Source of the DNA: Protoeuglena noctilucae
Taxonomy: Eukaryota
Length of the DNA stretch: 64,000 nucleotides
Reading direction: 5' to 3'
NCBI GenBank assembly: GCA_958009085.1
Contig: OY253684.1
Coordinates: forward strand, 868,001-932,000
Shown: one piece after another, positions 53,201 to 64,000 of the stretch
How the letters are laid out: the number at the start of each line of letters is the position of its first letter
How positions within the stretch are numbered: the first letter of the stretch is position 1
Program-made: the position numbers and the translations under genes
Notes under the pieces: model-generated
Database searches by the model: none
Seen by the model: only the letters and a program-made list of their open reading frames with translations
What the model was told of the DNA's origin: nothing

Positions 53201-54467
53201 ATGCCCCACTCCCACTCTATCCAACATCCACACACCCCCCTCTCAGGCGGCAGACCCGCGTGCCAGCCTCGAGGGCCCCTCCGCCATGCGCCCCGGCACC
53301 GGCAGCCACGACGCCTCCCATCGGCCCCCGCGCCGCTCCTCCCGCGCCGCCTCCACCATCGCCCCCGCGCCCTCTGTGGGCGGAGACGCCCCAGCACTCC
53401 AACGCTCCATCCCGCCCTCCCGGATGGCCGGGAATGCGGACCCCTACCTCCGCCCCATGCGCGGCGCGGCGTTGGTCTACGCCCACGTCGACCTGCCCCA
53501 CGGCGGGGCCCCGGACGCGGCCGTCTGGGGGGAGCTGCACCGGTGAGCGGCGGAGTTGGGTCAGATGCACGCCGACAATGCACGGTCCACGTCGCACGCG
53601 TCGATCGTCGTGTGCCCGCCATCGCACGCATCGCCGTTAGTCTATCCAAGTAGATGGCATCCTCATCTTCCCCCCCCCCCCGCAGTCTCCACTGCGCCTT
53701 CGACGACCTCCTGCGCTCCTCCGGCGCATTCAAGCACGAGACGGGAACAGAGGCGTACTGTGCGGCCGTGGAGAGCAACGGGGGACCACCCCCCTCGCGC
53801 GCCCTGGTGCTGGCTTGCGAAATGCAGCTGGCCGCATGGGCGCTGGGGCCCGCGTCGTGCTTGCGCGTCAGGGGTGAGGCGCAGACTGCACCACCCACCC
53901 CAGCTCCCGCCGCTCCCCGGCTGCGCACCCATGGCGCTTTGACCACGCCACCCTCGCGCACCCCACGCTGTTCCCACGCGGCCACCCCGTCATTCTCCCC
54001 ATCTCCGTCGCCCTCTCCAGTGGCCGTGCACATGGGCGACCTCAATGCCGCCGTCATTGGCGCCGTTAAGCCCCTCCTGAAGGTGGTGGCGCCGGAGGTG
54101 CCCGTGGTGCAGGCGGCCGCCGCAGCCACGCCCAGGGGACAGGTCGCGGTGAGAGCGCGGCCTGACATGCCGATATCTGCCATATGAACAGGACACCCCT
54201 GTGGACACCCCTCTCGCTCCCCCGCTGTGCCGGCATTTGACCATGCGGCTCTCGCGTCACCACCGGTGTGTTCGAACACGCAGTCCCTCCCCCACCTCGC
54301 CCCCCCAGGTCACCCCCGCCGTCTTCCAGGCGCTGAGTTCCCAGGCGCGCACCCTCCTCAGCAGCCGCTGCACCGCCAAGCTGCCCGGCGGACACAGCAC
54401 GTTCCTCTACGCCATGGTCCCCACCCCCTGCGCCTCAGCCGCCCTGCAACGGTACCCCACCCGCTGA
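50228..54467 (+). CDS. Multi-pass membrane protein with a C-terminal degenerate class III nucleotide cyclase domain
   Basis: First exons 50228-50313, 50434-50504 and 50618-51198 splice in phase. About 8 hydrophobic segments at 51500-53030, then helical DRLLAQMLPADAA, then LVYAHV...LHRLHCAFDDLL...AFKHETGTEAYCAA...LACEMQ...LRVRVAVHMGDLNAAVIGAVKP. A frameshift falls in the C run at about 51377-51392. Confidence 0.72.
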
Positions 54468-54818
54468 CGGGTGCCGGGGCAGGAATCTCCTCGTCCACGC
54501 ACACCGACACGCATGCGTGACATCTGGCATGCACGATGCGGGCAAGCCCACCCCGGGCGAAGCTATGCCCGCGCTTTTGCGTCGTTTTCCACCACTAGGC
54601 GCGCTGCCAATAGCCAGCCGCGTCCGTTTCCTTTTCCTCGTCACGCATCTCCCATCCCACAGCGCACGGCGCCCTCAGTCCCCCACCCCCCGCGCACCCC
54701 CGGTGGCGATTTCTGCCACCCTGGGTCGCGCGTGCGGCGGTTGCCTCTGCTCCGTGCCCCCCTCCCCTGCCCCGCACCCTCCGCGTGCAGTCGCGCCTGT
54801 TCCTTCGGAGACGACAGC

Positions 54819-54887
54819 CGTCCGTTTGGGACCATGCCCACCACGCGAGGCCATGCCCACCACGCGAGGCCGTCGTCCGTTTGGGAC
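54819..54887. repeat. 19-bp tandem duplication flanked by 14-bp direct repeats
   Basis: CCATGCCCACCACGCGAGG twice (54832-54869), between CGTCCGTTTGGGAC copies at 54819 and 54874. Confidence 0.85.
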
Positions 54888-55238
54888 TACGCCCTTCCTT
54901 GCCAGCGCCGGCCAGTGCCCGCCGTCCCCGTCAAAAGAGTTGGCTCCCACGCAACTGGGACTGACTCCCTCCACCGCGACGCGGCCGACGCGGCACAGCG
55001 ACTCCTCGCCTAGACTCCGCGCATCGCAGCGCACCCCTGCTGAGGGGGCTCTCGCCCTCAGCTTTGTTGGCTGGCTGCATACGCCGCATTTCATTGCTGA
55101 ACGACCTCTGCTCTCTGCCCGTGACTGTGCCTCGTGACTCTTTCTCGCTTTCCTTGCCTTGCCTTTCACGCGACCCCTTCCGCTACGTTGGCGAGCACAG
55201 CTGGTGAAGTGGAACGACACGCGCTAGGTGTGCAGATG

Positions 55239-58200
55239 CTATGCGAAGCCCCGCTGCGACCCGCGCTGGTTGCCCCCGCGCTCCTCCGCCGTCGCTGGGT
55301 CCACCACCTCCGCGCGCGCTGCGGGGGACGAGACAGCGACGAGTGACAAAAACGCATGCATGGCACTAACTCGGCTGGCGCGCCTCAGCATTAGCCACAC
55401 TGCCAAGCCACTGAAATGATCAAAGCATTGATATCCCGCACCGCACCACCCCCACCCACTTGTCATGCACTGTCATGCACCCCAGCTCTTTACACATCCC
55501 ATGCACGCCTCACCTGGCACGCGGAAGACGACCGACTCGGACCTCACGACGATGTCCGTCTCGAAGGCGCCCGGCTCCTCCGCCGCAAACACCACCGTGA
55601 TGGGAGTCGCTATGCCCACCGCCAGGGGGCCAGGGCGGTACACCACCTGCCAGGGCGCGGGGGGGCGCTCGACCGTGAACCGCGCCACCTCCGCCGCCAC
55701 GTTGGCCAGGCGCAGGGTGGCCGTGGCGCGCTGCCCCGGCTCCAGCGCCCCCAGGTGCAGCGCGTCGGGGGTGAGTTCGAATTCCTTGGTGAAGCGGCCG
55801 TGCGACTGCAGGGCCAGGCCCGCGGCCGTGCGGCTCATGCGGAAGGCCCCCGCCTCCGTGGACAGGTGCGGCAGGTTGACCTCGGGGGGCGCGGGCACGC
55901 GGGTGAGGTACCCGGGCAGAGCGGGGGCGGCGCGGCGGGGGCCGCCCACCACGCTGCGCATCCAGGGGCGGTCGGGGCCGGGCGCTGCGCCCGGGAAGGC
56001 ATCCGTGGACGCCTGCGCTGCCATTCCCTGCGCCGCCGGGGCCCCGGGGAGCGGCTCGGCGCTGGCCGCCTCCCCCGTGCCCTGGCTGGGGCGCGACAGC
56101 CGCGGCACTCGGCCTCGCTCCGATGCGGAGGCGAGGCTGGAGAAGCTGCCGCCCCTGCGCAGCGACGACGACCCCTCCTGCACCCCCGACCGCGCCGTGG
56201 GCCTCTCCCCGTCCCTGCCCCTCCCCCTCCCCCTCCGCGACTGCCGCCTCTCCCGCCGGATCTGCTCCAAGTCCTCCACCGTCACGCTCTCCTGCCCCAC
56301 GTGCTCCTCGCGGCGCTGACGCACGGGGCGCGCCACCACCATGCCCCCGCTCAGCGCCACGAGGCCCTCCTCGCTGTCGAAGTAACGAAGCACCGCCCCA
56401 GCCGAGGGGGCACCCACGCCCGCCCCACGCGCGGCGCGGCGGTCGGCGCGGCGCTCCGCCCTCCGCGCCGCCACCTCCTCGGCATCTGCCGCCGCCTCCT
56501 CGCGGCCCTTGTACAGAGCATGATCGTTTCCACCCCCCTCCTGTTCGCGCTCGTGCCCCTCCTCCCCCACAGCTGCCAGCCCCGTCCCCTTCCTCGCCGC
56601 CTCCGCCTCCCTTCTCACCGCCCGCTCCTCCTCCCCCGCGTGCTCCCCACGGTCGTCCGGCAGCACGAACTGCGCCGCGGGGTCCCTGGCCCCGTCCTGG
56701 TCCTGCCAGGCCGCCACGCGGGCCAGGGCCTCGTTGCAGCGGGACAGCTGGTCACGCGACAGCGCGGGCAGCTCCAGCACCTGCCGGTGCACCAGCACGG
56801 GCGGGGGGGGCCGGCGACCGCACCACCGCCCGCGGCACCAGCACCCGGGGCACGAAGAGCGACCGCAGGACTGCCTCGGCGTCCGCGCCCGGGGGGGGCG
56901 AGGGCAGCAGGGGTGTCGTGACGGTGGACGGGGGGCGCAGCGTCGGGAGCGCCGCGGGGGGCGGCATGGCGGCGGGGGCGGGGGCGTCCGCGAGGGGCAG
57001 GGGCGGCACGTCCCGGGTGCGCAGGTGCAGGCGCGTGAGCATGTCGACCTGCACGGCCCAGGTGCCCGTCAGGCCCACGGCGGGGTGGTCTGCGGGAATG
57101 AGGGCAGCTATGGGGGTTCAAGCAACAGGCGAGGGCCAAGGGCAGAGACTCCACCCTCTTGACGATGGGCAGCGGGGGTGAGAGCACCGTCAGTGACGCA
57201 GCCATCGCCTCCACAGCCCGCCCCCTCACCCGGCGTGGGGTTGGTCTGCATCACTATGTCGCAGTCCCCCGCCGCCGCCGCCCTCTCCTTCTCCGCCAGC
57301 AGCGAAGCGAAGGCACGCGCGGGGAGCACCTCCCACCCGCTCCCGTCCGCACGCACCACAAACACGCGGGGGGGGACGCCGGGGGCCAGGGGGGGCACCC
57401 GCCGCTCCTCCACCACCATCATCGCCGCGCCCTCCGCCTCCCCCTCCGCATCGCCCGCGCCCTCCGCCCCCGCCCCCTCCCCACCCACGTTCCCATCACC
57501 CTCCACCTCCCCCTCCGTCGCCCGCCGCGACCCCCGCTCACCCGGGGACGGCGACGGCGCCCCCTCCGATGGAGAGACGCGGCCCGCATCCGCACCCGCG
57601 TCCTTCCCCGCCCCCTTCCCCTCCTCCGCAGCACCGCCTGTCTCGCCCTCGCCCTCCCCCTCGCCCTCCCCGTCGTCGCTGCCCCCCTCGTCCCCCTCCG
57701 CGGCCTCCTCCGCCCCCGGCTCCGGGAACACCGCCACCCCCGCCTGCCCCGGCATCACGTAGACCCCCGCGTCCTCACCCGTGGACAGCGCGCACGACCC
57801 CGCCTCCAGGTCCGCCACCCAGCACCGCGGCAGCAGCGCCGCCACCTCCCTGGCGGAGTCGGCGCGGGGCGGCGCGACGAACGACCGCGGCTCGGGGGGG
57901 GAGGGCAGCGACGGCAGCTCCTCCTCGTCCCCCTTGCGCCGCTTCTTGCCCTCGGCCTCCGCCAGCACCGCCTCTACCGCGGCCTTGTCCTCCTGGGGGA
58001 GCAGGTAAGGCGAGGGTGATACAGAAGAGAGAGAGAGAGTTGACATTGACATTCAAATGGACAGTTGCAGTTGCGGTGTGGTATGCACCACCCATACCCT
58101 CTTCCCCGCCCTCGCCTCGTATTGCGCCCACCGCCTGCGCTCCTCCTCCTCGTGCTCCGCCCTCGCCGCGTCCATCACCCGTGCGTACCCCTCCTGCAGG

Positions 58201-61200
58201 TCCGCGCTGGCGTCCGCCAGGGCCACCAGGGGCGCCGTGCCACGCGACAGCACCGCCATGTGCTCGGCCACGGCCAGGGACCCCACCCCGGCCACCTCCA
58301 CGGACAGCGCCCCCTCCGCCGCGTGCCACCGCATCTCCACGCCGGGCACAGGAGACACCCGCACCCCCTCCGCCGACCCCGTCACGCGCGGCAGCCCCGG
58401 CGCCTCCGCCACCCACGGCCGCACCTCCTGCCCCTCGTCCTCCTCCGGCCCCGCCGCCGCCACTGACACCCGCGCCCCGGGGCGGCTGGCGTGCGCGCTG
58501 CCGCGGGAGGGCGCGGGGGCGGGCGTGGTCACCACCCGCGTGCCGTCCGGGCCCTGCACCAGCACCGGGCCGCCCTCGTAGCACACCACGGAGACGCGGT
58601 CTGCGCGGGTCGTCACCGCAGCGCCCGTGTCCGGGTCCGTCACCGCCGCGCACGACACGGCGGCGCGCGGCTCCACCCGGCGGGGCGCAGGCGTGGCAGC
58701 CGCATCTGTCGGGGGATGCGGGGCGGCGTCGCCCGTCGCGGCCTCGGCAGCGGGGGCGTCCGCGGGCGCAGGTGCGGCGTCGCTGCCCCACTGCGCCCAC
58801 CGCTCCCCCCTCGCGTTGGTGCCCACCCACGGCTGCCCCTCCCCGGCCGCGCGCGTCAGCGTGGCCCCGTCCGGCAGCAGCGCCTCCGTCTCGCCCCCGC
58901 GCAGGTGCCGCACCACGGCGCCCGACCGCGTCACCGTGCGGCGGTCCTCCACCGGCGCCTCCAGCAGCGCCGCCGCCGACCCCCCCGGCAGCGGACCCCC
59001 GTGCACGTCCGCCGGGAGCAGCGCGGGGGCCTCCCACCCCCCGCCGGCGCCGGCACCGCGCCCTCCCGTGCGGTAGAAGGCCACGCTGCCGTCCTGCCGG
59101 ACCTCCGTCACCAGCCCCCCCGGCGCCACCAGCCGCACGGCCGAGTTGTACGCGATGGGCTCCCCCGCCCCGACGGGGGCCATGCGGGCCTCGGCGGCCA
59201 GCACGGCGCCGCCCCGCAGCGTCAGGAGCAGCGGGGCGCCGGGGGCGGGCGGCAGGCACAGCCCCGCCCCCCCCGCCACGGCCACGGCCACGTGCCCGGG
59301 CTCTACGCGCACCACCGCCCCCGCCCCAGCGCCTATGTCGGGGTAGTGGAAGGCCTCGGGCATGGCGCGGTCGGCGAGGGCGGGGGGCAGGACGTAGGCG
59401 AGGTCGGGGAGTGCCGGGGGCGCCCCCTCGGCCCTCACGCACTGGGCGAGGAAGCCGGCCAGGGGCACGAGGACCGGGAGGGTGGCGCAGTGGGCGCGGT
59501 GGGTGGTGCCGGCGAAGCAGGTGAGGAGGACGGCGTCGAGGGAGGGGAGGAACTGCGACGCGGCGTCCGGGAGGGTGCGCAGGGCCTCGGCGGCCGTCTG
59601 GCGCAGGACGGCGTCGGGGAGGACGTCGAGGTGGCGGCGGGAGAGCACCTCGGCGTGGTGGGCGACGGCGACGCCCTCGGGGGCGCCGCGGAGGGCGCGC
59701 TGCAGCACCTGCGCGAGCTCCACCTGCGAGGGGGTGACCCCGCCCACCTCGGCCGTCGCGGCCGCTAGCACCGCCTGGGACACGCGGAGGGACTGCCGGC
59801 CCAGGTCCGAGGGGGGGGGGGCGCGCGAGGCCGTTGGCGCCGGGGACGCGGGCGAGGAGGGCCATGTGCCGCTCCACGCGGGCGACGTCCAGGGCGCCGC
59901 CGGGGAGGAGGAAGGACCGCCAGCCGCCCTCGGACCCGCTCTCGATGTCCACGCGCACGCGGCCGTTCTCCCCCACGCGCACCCCCGCCACGGCCGCGGG
60001 CACCTCCGCCGCGCCCTTGCCCACGGGGGAGGCCGCCCTCGTCCCGCGCTTGTCCTCAGCTGCACTGGCACCCATGCCCGCTGCCACGCCTGCCGCCACG
60101 CCCGCGGCCGCCCCCGCCGCTGCCAGGGCGCTCTCGTCCCCCTCGGACACGATGAGGGGCTCCCACGCGGGGGCCTCCGCTCCCCGCCGCGGCAGCCCCC
60201 GCGCCTCGCCCAGCGCCCCCGCCAGCGCCCGCGTGGTGAATGCCACGGCGTCCGCCTGGTTGGCGCGGGGCGCCTCGGCCTGGCACGACCGCGCCACCTG
60301 CTCGACCATGCAGTGGAGCACCACCGGCACCGACGCCTGGCCCTGCGGGAGGGGGACCAGCAGGGGCATCGGTCACGCTGCCAGGGACAGGGTGGCAGGG
60401 ACTTGTGGGAAGGTGCAGGGTGCGAAAGCGGATGCGGGTCCGGATCGTGCTTACGATATGACATGCAGAGCAAGCTGTGTCGTGCTCGGTCCGCCACTCA
60501 CCGGGGGCACGGTGTCCATGAGGGTGCGGTAGAGCTGCATGTCGACGTGCTCCCGGGGCCGCGCGTCGGGCAGGGCGTAGATGACGGCGCGCCCCCGCCA
60601 GGCCCGGTACTCGAGCGTGGCGCCGGCAGCCACGGCCAGCGCCCCGGCCAGCTCGCGCCACCCGAGGGGCGGCTCCCCCTCCTCCCCCGCCCCCGGGCGC
60701 ACGCGGGGCGCCGCGCGGGTGAAGACGGCCGGGCACTCGCTCCCCACGGGCACGTCCAGCAGCACCATCTCCCGGTCGCCCTCCGCCATCGCCACCAGAG
60801 AGTCCCAGGCGCGCCCCGGGTGCACGACGTCCGGGGTGTCCGTGGGTGTCGCGTCGTCCACCCCCGGCACGCGAAGGCGCACGGCCCCGGCGATCGGGAC
60901 CCCGGCCACCCGCAGCTCCCGCAGCCGCTCGGCCGAGTACCCGAACCCCACCACCAGGAACACGCGCGCCGCCTGGGTGGGGCGCTGGGCGTCGCACTCG
61001 GCCGCCGCCAGCGCCGCCTCCACCTCCGCCACGTCCGCGTGCGCCTGCGCGTCGTCCATCTCCACCTCGGCCTCCTGCCGGGACGCGGCGCCCGCGTTGT
61101 CCGACCGGCCCCCGTCCTCCACATCCTCCTCCAGTCGCGAAGGGTCACGGGGGTCGCTGTGCGAGGGAGGGGGCTGCGGGACACGAGGAGCGGGGAAGTT

Positions 61201-61957
61201 GCGTTGGTTACTTGTGCTGCCAGCCCACACCTGGTGACCATGCCATGGCATCCCTTGTTCCGCACCTGTGTTGGCGCCCCCTTGGCGTCCGACAGGATCT
61301 CCCTCCGCTGCCGGAGCTCCTCCCGCGCCGCCGCGAGCGCCCGCGTCACCCTCTCCGCCGCCGCCCGCAGGTCCCCCGCGGCCGTCTCCACCATGGCCGG
61401 CACCAGCAGCTGGGCCGCCAGGGACGCGGGGAAGAGGTGGCCGGGGACGGTCGGGGGGGCATCCACCTTCCCCTTCCCCTTCCCCTTGGGCTTCCCAGGC
61501 GCCGCTTCCTGCGCCACGGTCTGGATCTCCGCCACCCGCGCTTTCAGCGGCGACCCCTCCTCCAGGGCACCCACTGCGGCGGGACGCATGCCGAGTGCCG
61601 TCGGCAGGGAGCGCAACCAGCGGCGCGAGCCGACAGGTGGACGATGCATTCACAATGGGACAAGTAGGCGAGCGCGCTCACCCAGCTGCGCGGCGTGGAG
61701 GACGGTGAACTGGCTGAACTGTTTCAAGTACCCGGCCAGCGCGTCGGGATCCACGGCCGGACCGGGAACCAGCGCAAGCGCGGCGGGGTACCAGTTGTCG
61801 GGCGGGGACGGCAGAGCGATCCCCTGCGGACGGATGGCGGGGCCGGCACTCGTGCAGGCACGCACATGCCGCGCATGCCCGGCGCTCCTGTACTAGGTGC
61901 GGGGCTCCCAGCGCGGGTTGCATTCCTAGAAGACGTGTCGCGAACCACAGTTGTCAT
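55239..61957 (-). CDS. SPAG17: SPAG17/PF6-like central-pair projection protein
   Basis: YRTLMDTVP, VPVVLHCMVEQV, RTVTRSGAVVRHLRGGETEALLPDG, TDPDTGAAVTTRADRV...GPDGTRV, RVFVVRADGSGWEVL, LVHRQVLE, and a C-terminal ASH/PapD-like domain (LHLGALEPGQ...LRLANV...YRPGPLAVG). Two apparent frameshifts in G runs (~56805, ~59815). The start is uncertain. Confidence 0.75.
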
Positions 61958-62901
61958 GGTTGAAAGCGCAAGCTGCGATTCTGGGCTATTCGGAAGAAAG
62001 ACGAGCGCAGGACGTCGCTCACCTGCCCGGGGTCCCCGGCAGCCTCCGCCATCGCTGAACACGGCAGCAGCCCCACTTTCTAAGGCAACACGTCCGAGAT
62101 GTGCCCGGCCTTAAGGCCCAAAGCGCAGGGCCCGCTCCCCCGCTGCGAGGGAAGGCTGCGATGGGACTTGCGGCCAGTGACTCGTCGATGCGGCAGCTAA
62201 GATTCAGTGTCAAACCAACCTCGCGATGACAAATTCCCTCGAGGACGTCAAGTGGACCATGGCAGTGCTCGAAACCGCCCCCGCTGGCAGGCCATCCCGG
62301 GGGTTCTGCCGTTAACGGGTCAGTTATCTTTACTTATTTCACCGCACAGGTTGTTGTTACAGATAGAGCGTTGTAAAGTTGGGCCAGCGAACTGCATGCC
62401 TCACCTTTGCGCGGATTCGGAAGTAACCAAGGTGAGGATGCTCAAGAGATGGCCATGATGATGGGCCAGGCACAGGAATCGACTGCGCTGGTTCTTGGAG
62501 GCTCGTAGCTGCGTGCGTGCCATGTGTGCCGCCGAGCAGCACCGACGCAAGCCGGATATTCAGCCCAGACGGGCTTGAGCACTGCATCTCCGTTACCTCT
62601 ACCGTGCGGACGATTGGCAGCTCCTGGAAGCCATACAGCCCACGGCTTGGCTGCGCTGAAGCGAGCCTTCCCCTGCCTGCAGGCCCTGTGGCCAGGCGCG
62701 TGGGGCATATCGAGCCGTCTGTCGTCGGAGGCGTGGAGAAGTGGATTGCGCGCAAGTTTGTTGCGCTGCGAACCCCAGCGGCGCGCGCGCTGGCGAGTGT
62801 GGCAGCGGGACATGCCACTCGCCATCCACCCATCGCAGGTGGATCGGACGCCTGCGGCGGGTGCCCCGGCGGGACCTTCTCGTTTGGGTCGTTAAGGAAC
62901 G

Positions 62902-63792
62902 ATGGTGGACGTGGGCATCAAGGGCGTGCTGGACTCGCGTCCCCCACGGCACGCGGTCATCTTCACGCCTGCCGAGGTCCAGCAGCACAACCACCCGGAC
63001 GACTGCTGGGTCTCACGTGAGGCTTAGCGTGCGATCACCGCTGAGCGGGTCGCGGGGTGTCGCTCGGCGTCACAGTGACACATTTGGCGCCCGTGCCGCC
63101 CGCAGTGCACGGGCGCGTGCTGGACGTGACGCCATTGATCAGCAAGTTCCCGGGGCAGCTGGTGGAGCCGCTGGTCAAGGCGGCGGGGGCGGATATCACG
63201 CACTGGTTTGACGAGTATGGCGACCCAAAGCGCAGCGTGGACCCGCATACCAACATCATCACGCCCTACTGGTGGGTCCCGAGGGAGCCCCGCTGCGCTC
63301 TGCTGCGCTGTGCTGTGTCTCGCGCATCCGCCCCGCGACCGCCCCTCCGTGCGCCCTCGCAGCCCCCAGGGCCTCTTCCTGCACGTCAAGCCCATCGCGC
63401 CTCGCACGGACGTGGCCATCGACGACCAGGAGGTGCCCTGGTGGAGGGACGGCACGCTGCAGGTGGGCTGGGTGAGCCGGCGCCTGATACGCGTGCGCGT
63501 CAAGAACGTGCTGACGAGCCAGGAGCACGAGATCGAGGTGCCGTCCGAGGAGACGCTGCGGCAGATCCGCCAGCGCTACCTGCGCTTCAACTGGCACGCC
63601 GAATCGTACATCTGGAAGGCGCTCATGATCCGGGACGGCGTCCTCGACTTCTATCCCCTCGACATGTCGCTGACGCTGGAGGAGAACGGCGTCCTGAACG
63701 ACAGGCCCGAGTTCGAGCGGCTCGACATCGACGACGACTTCTACCAGCCCATCATCCACCTCCACTGGGCCGACGACCTCTCTATCGCATAG
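62902..63792 (+). CDS. CYB5D1: Cytochrome b5 domain-containing protein 1 (radial-spoke associated)
   Basis: [29 protein letters not shown]...AGADITHWFD...PQGLFLH...PWW...EETLRQIRQRYLRFNWHAESYIWK...LDMSLTLEENG...IHLHWADDLSIA-TAG; two introns. Confidence 0.92.
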
Positions 63793-63854
63793 CGGGGGGA
63801 CCAGAGTGGCAGCGTGGCGAGGGCGAATCTTGAAGCGTGTCATGCGGCCGCCGT

Positions 63855-63950
63855 TCACACCATGGCCGCCTGCTCGTCCATGAAGCGCTCTGCCACAAAC
63901 ATGTCCTCGGGGGTCGTGACCTTGATGTTGGTGTAGTCACCCATGGTCAT
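63855..63950 (-). CDS. ispD: Last exon of 2-C-methyl-D-erythritol 4-phosphate cytidylyltransferase (MEP pathway), partial
   Basis: After acceptor CGCGCAG the exon reads MTMGDYTNIKVTTPEDMFVAERFMDEQAAMV-TGA. G..NIKVTTP.D...AE is the IspD C-terminal motif. Confidence 0.8.
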   Translation of the reverse strand: MTMGDYTNIKVTTPEDMFVAERFMDEQAAMV

Positions 63951-64000
63951 CTGCGCGACGAGGCACCCCGGGGCGGGTCTGCGCGACAGCCCACGGAGTC

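Noticed and set aside
9697..59822. Programmed frameshifting or pseudogenisation at ~9700, ~51385, ~56805 and ~59815
   Set aside because: All four frame breaks fall in G/C homopolymers of 8 or more bases in otherwise intact genes, the typical long-read indel error. Short-read polishing would settle this.
57569..61896. Very long plus-strand ORFs (651 aa, 804 aa) and similar long ORFs elsewhere (727-2244, 14035-15648, 50523-52106)
   Set aside because: They are low-complexity Pro/Arg/Ala shadows or off-frame readings of real exons in very GC-rich DNA, with no independent domain signal.

Overview
GC-rich, intron-dense eukaryotic nuclear DNA, most consistent with a flagellated green alga (inferred from plastid-type IspD and RbcR-like genes, axonemal genes, and short GT/GC-AG introns). 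It is not prokaryotic, so most ORF-track entries are exon fragments or antisense shadows. About 15 genes were reconstructed by hand: a 3' gene fragment, an F-box/ankyrin gene with an in-frame TAG, METAP2, RPL39, a tandem double-LysR gene, an orphan low-complexity protein, FKBP62/ROF1, UTP20, two tandem P2C-type ATPases, a FAM166-like PGYTGH-repeat protein, a multi-TM degenerate nucleotide cyclase, SPAG17/PF6, CYB5D1 and the last exon of ispD. The standout is a 16-exon nuclear gene (6955-13161, minus) with a transit-peptide-like N-terminus and two complete, diverged RbcR/Ycf30-type LysR units apparently fused in one polypeptide; the fusion needs a one-base correction in a G10 run. Other oddities are introns carrying copies of the adjacent exon end and splice site, frequent GC-AG introns, a 938-bp block identical between the two ATPases including introns, altered ion-binding residues in those pumps, and a probable pseudo-cyclase. 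No rRNA, tRNA, CRISPR array or transposase was recognised. Exon boundaries are manual and lack RNA evidence.
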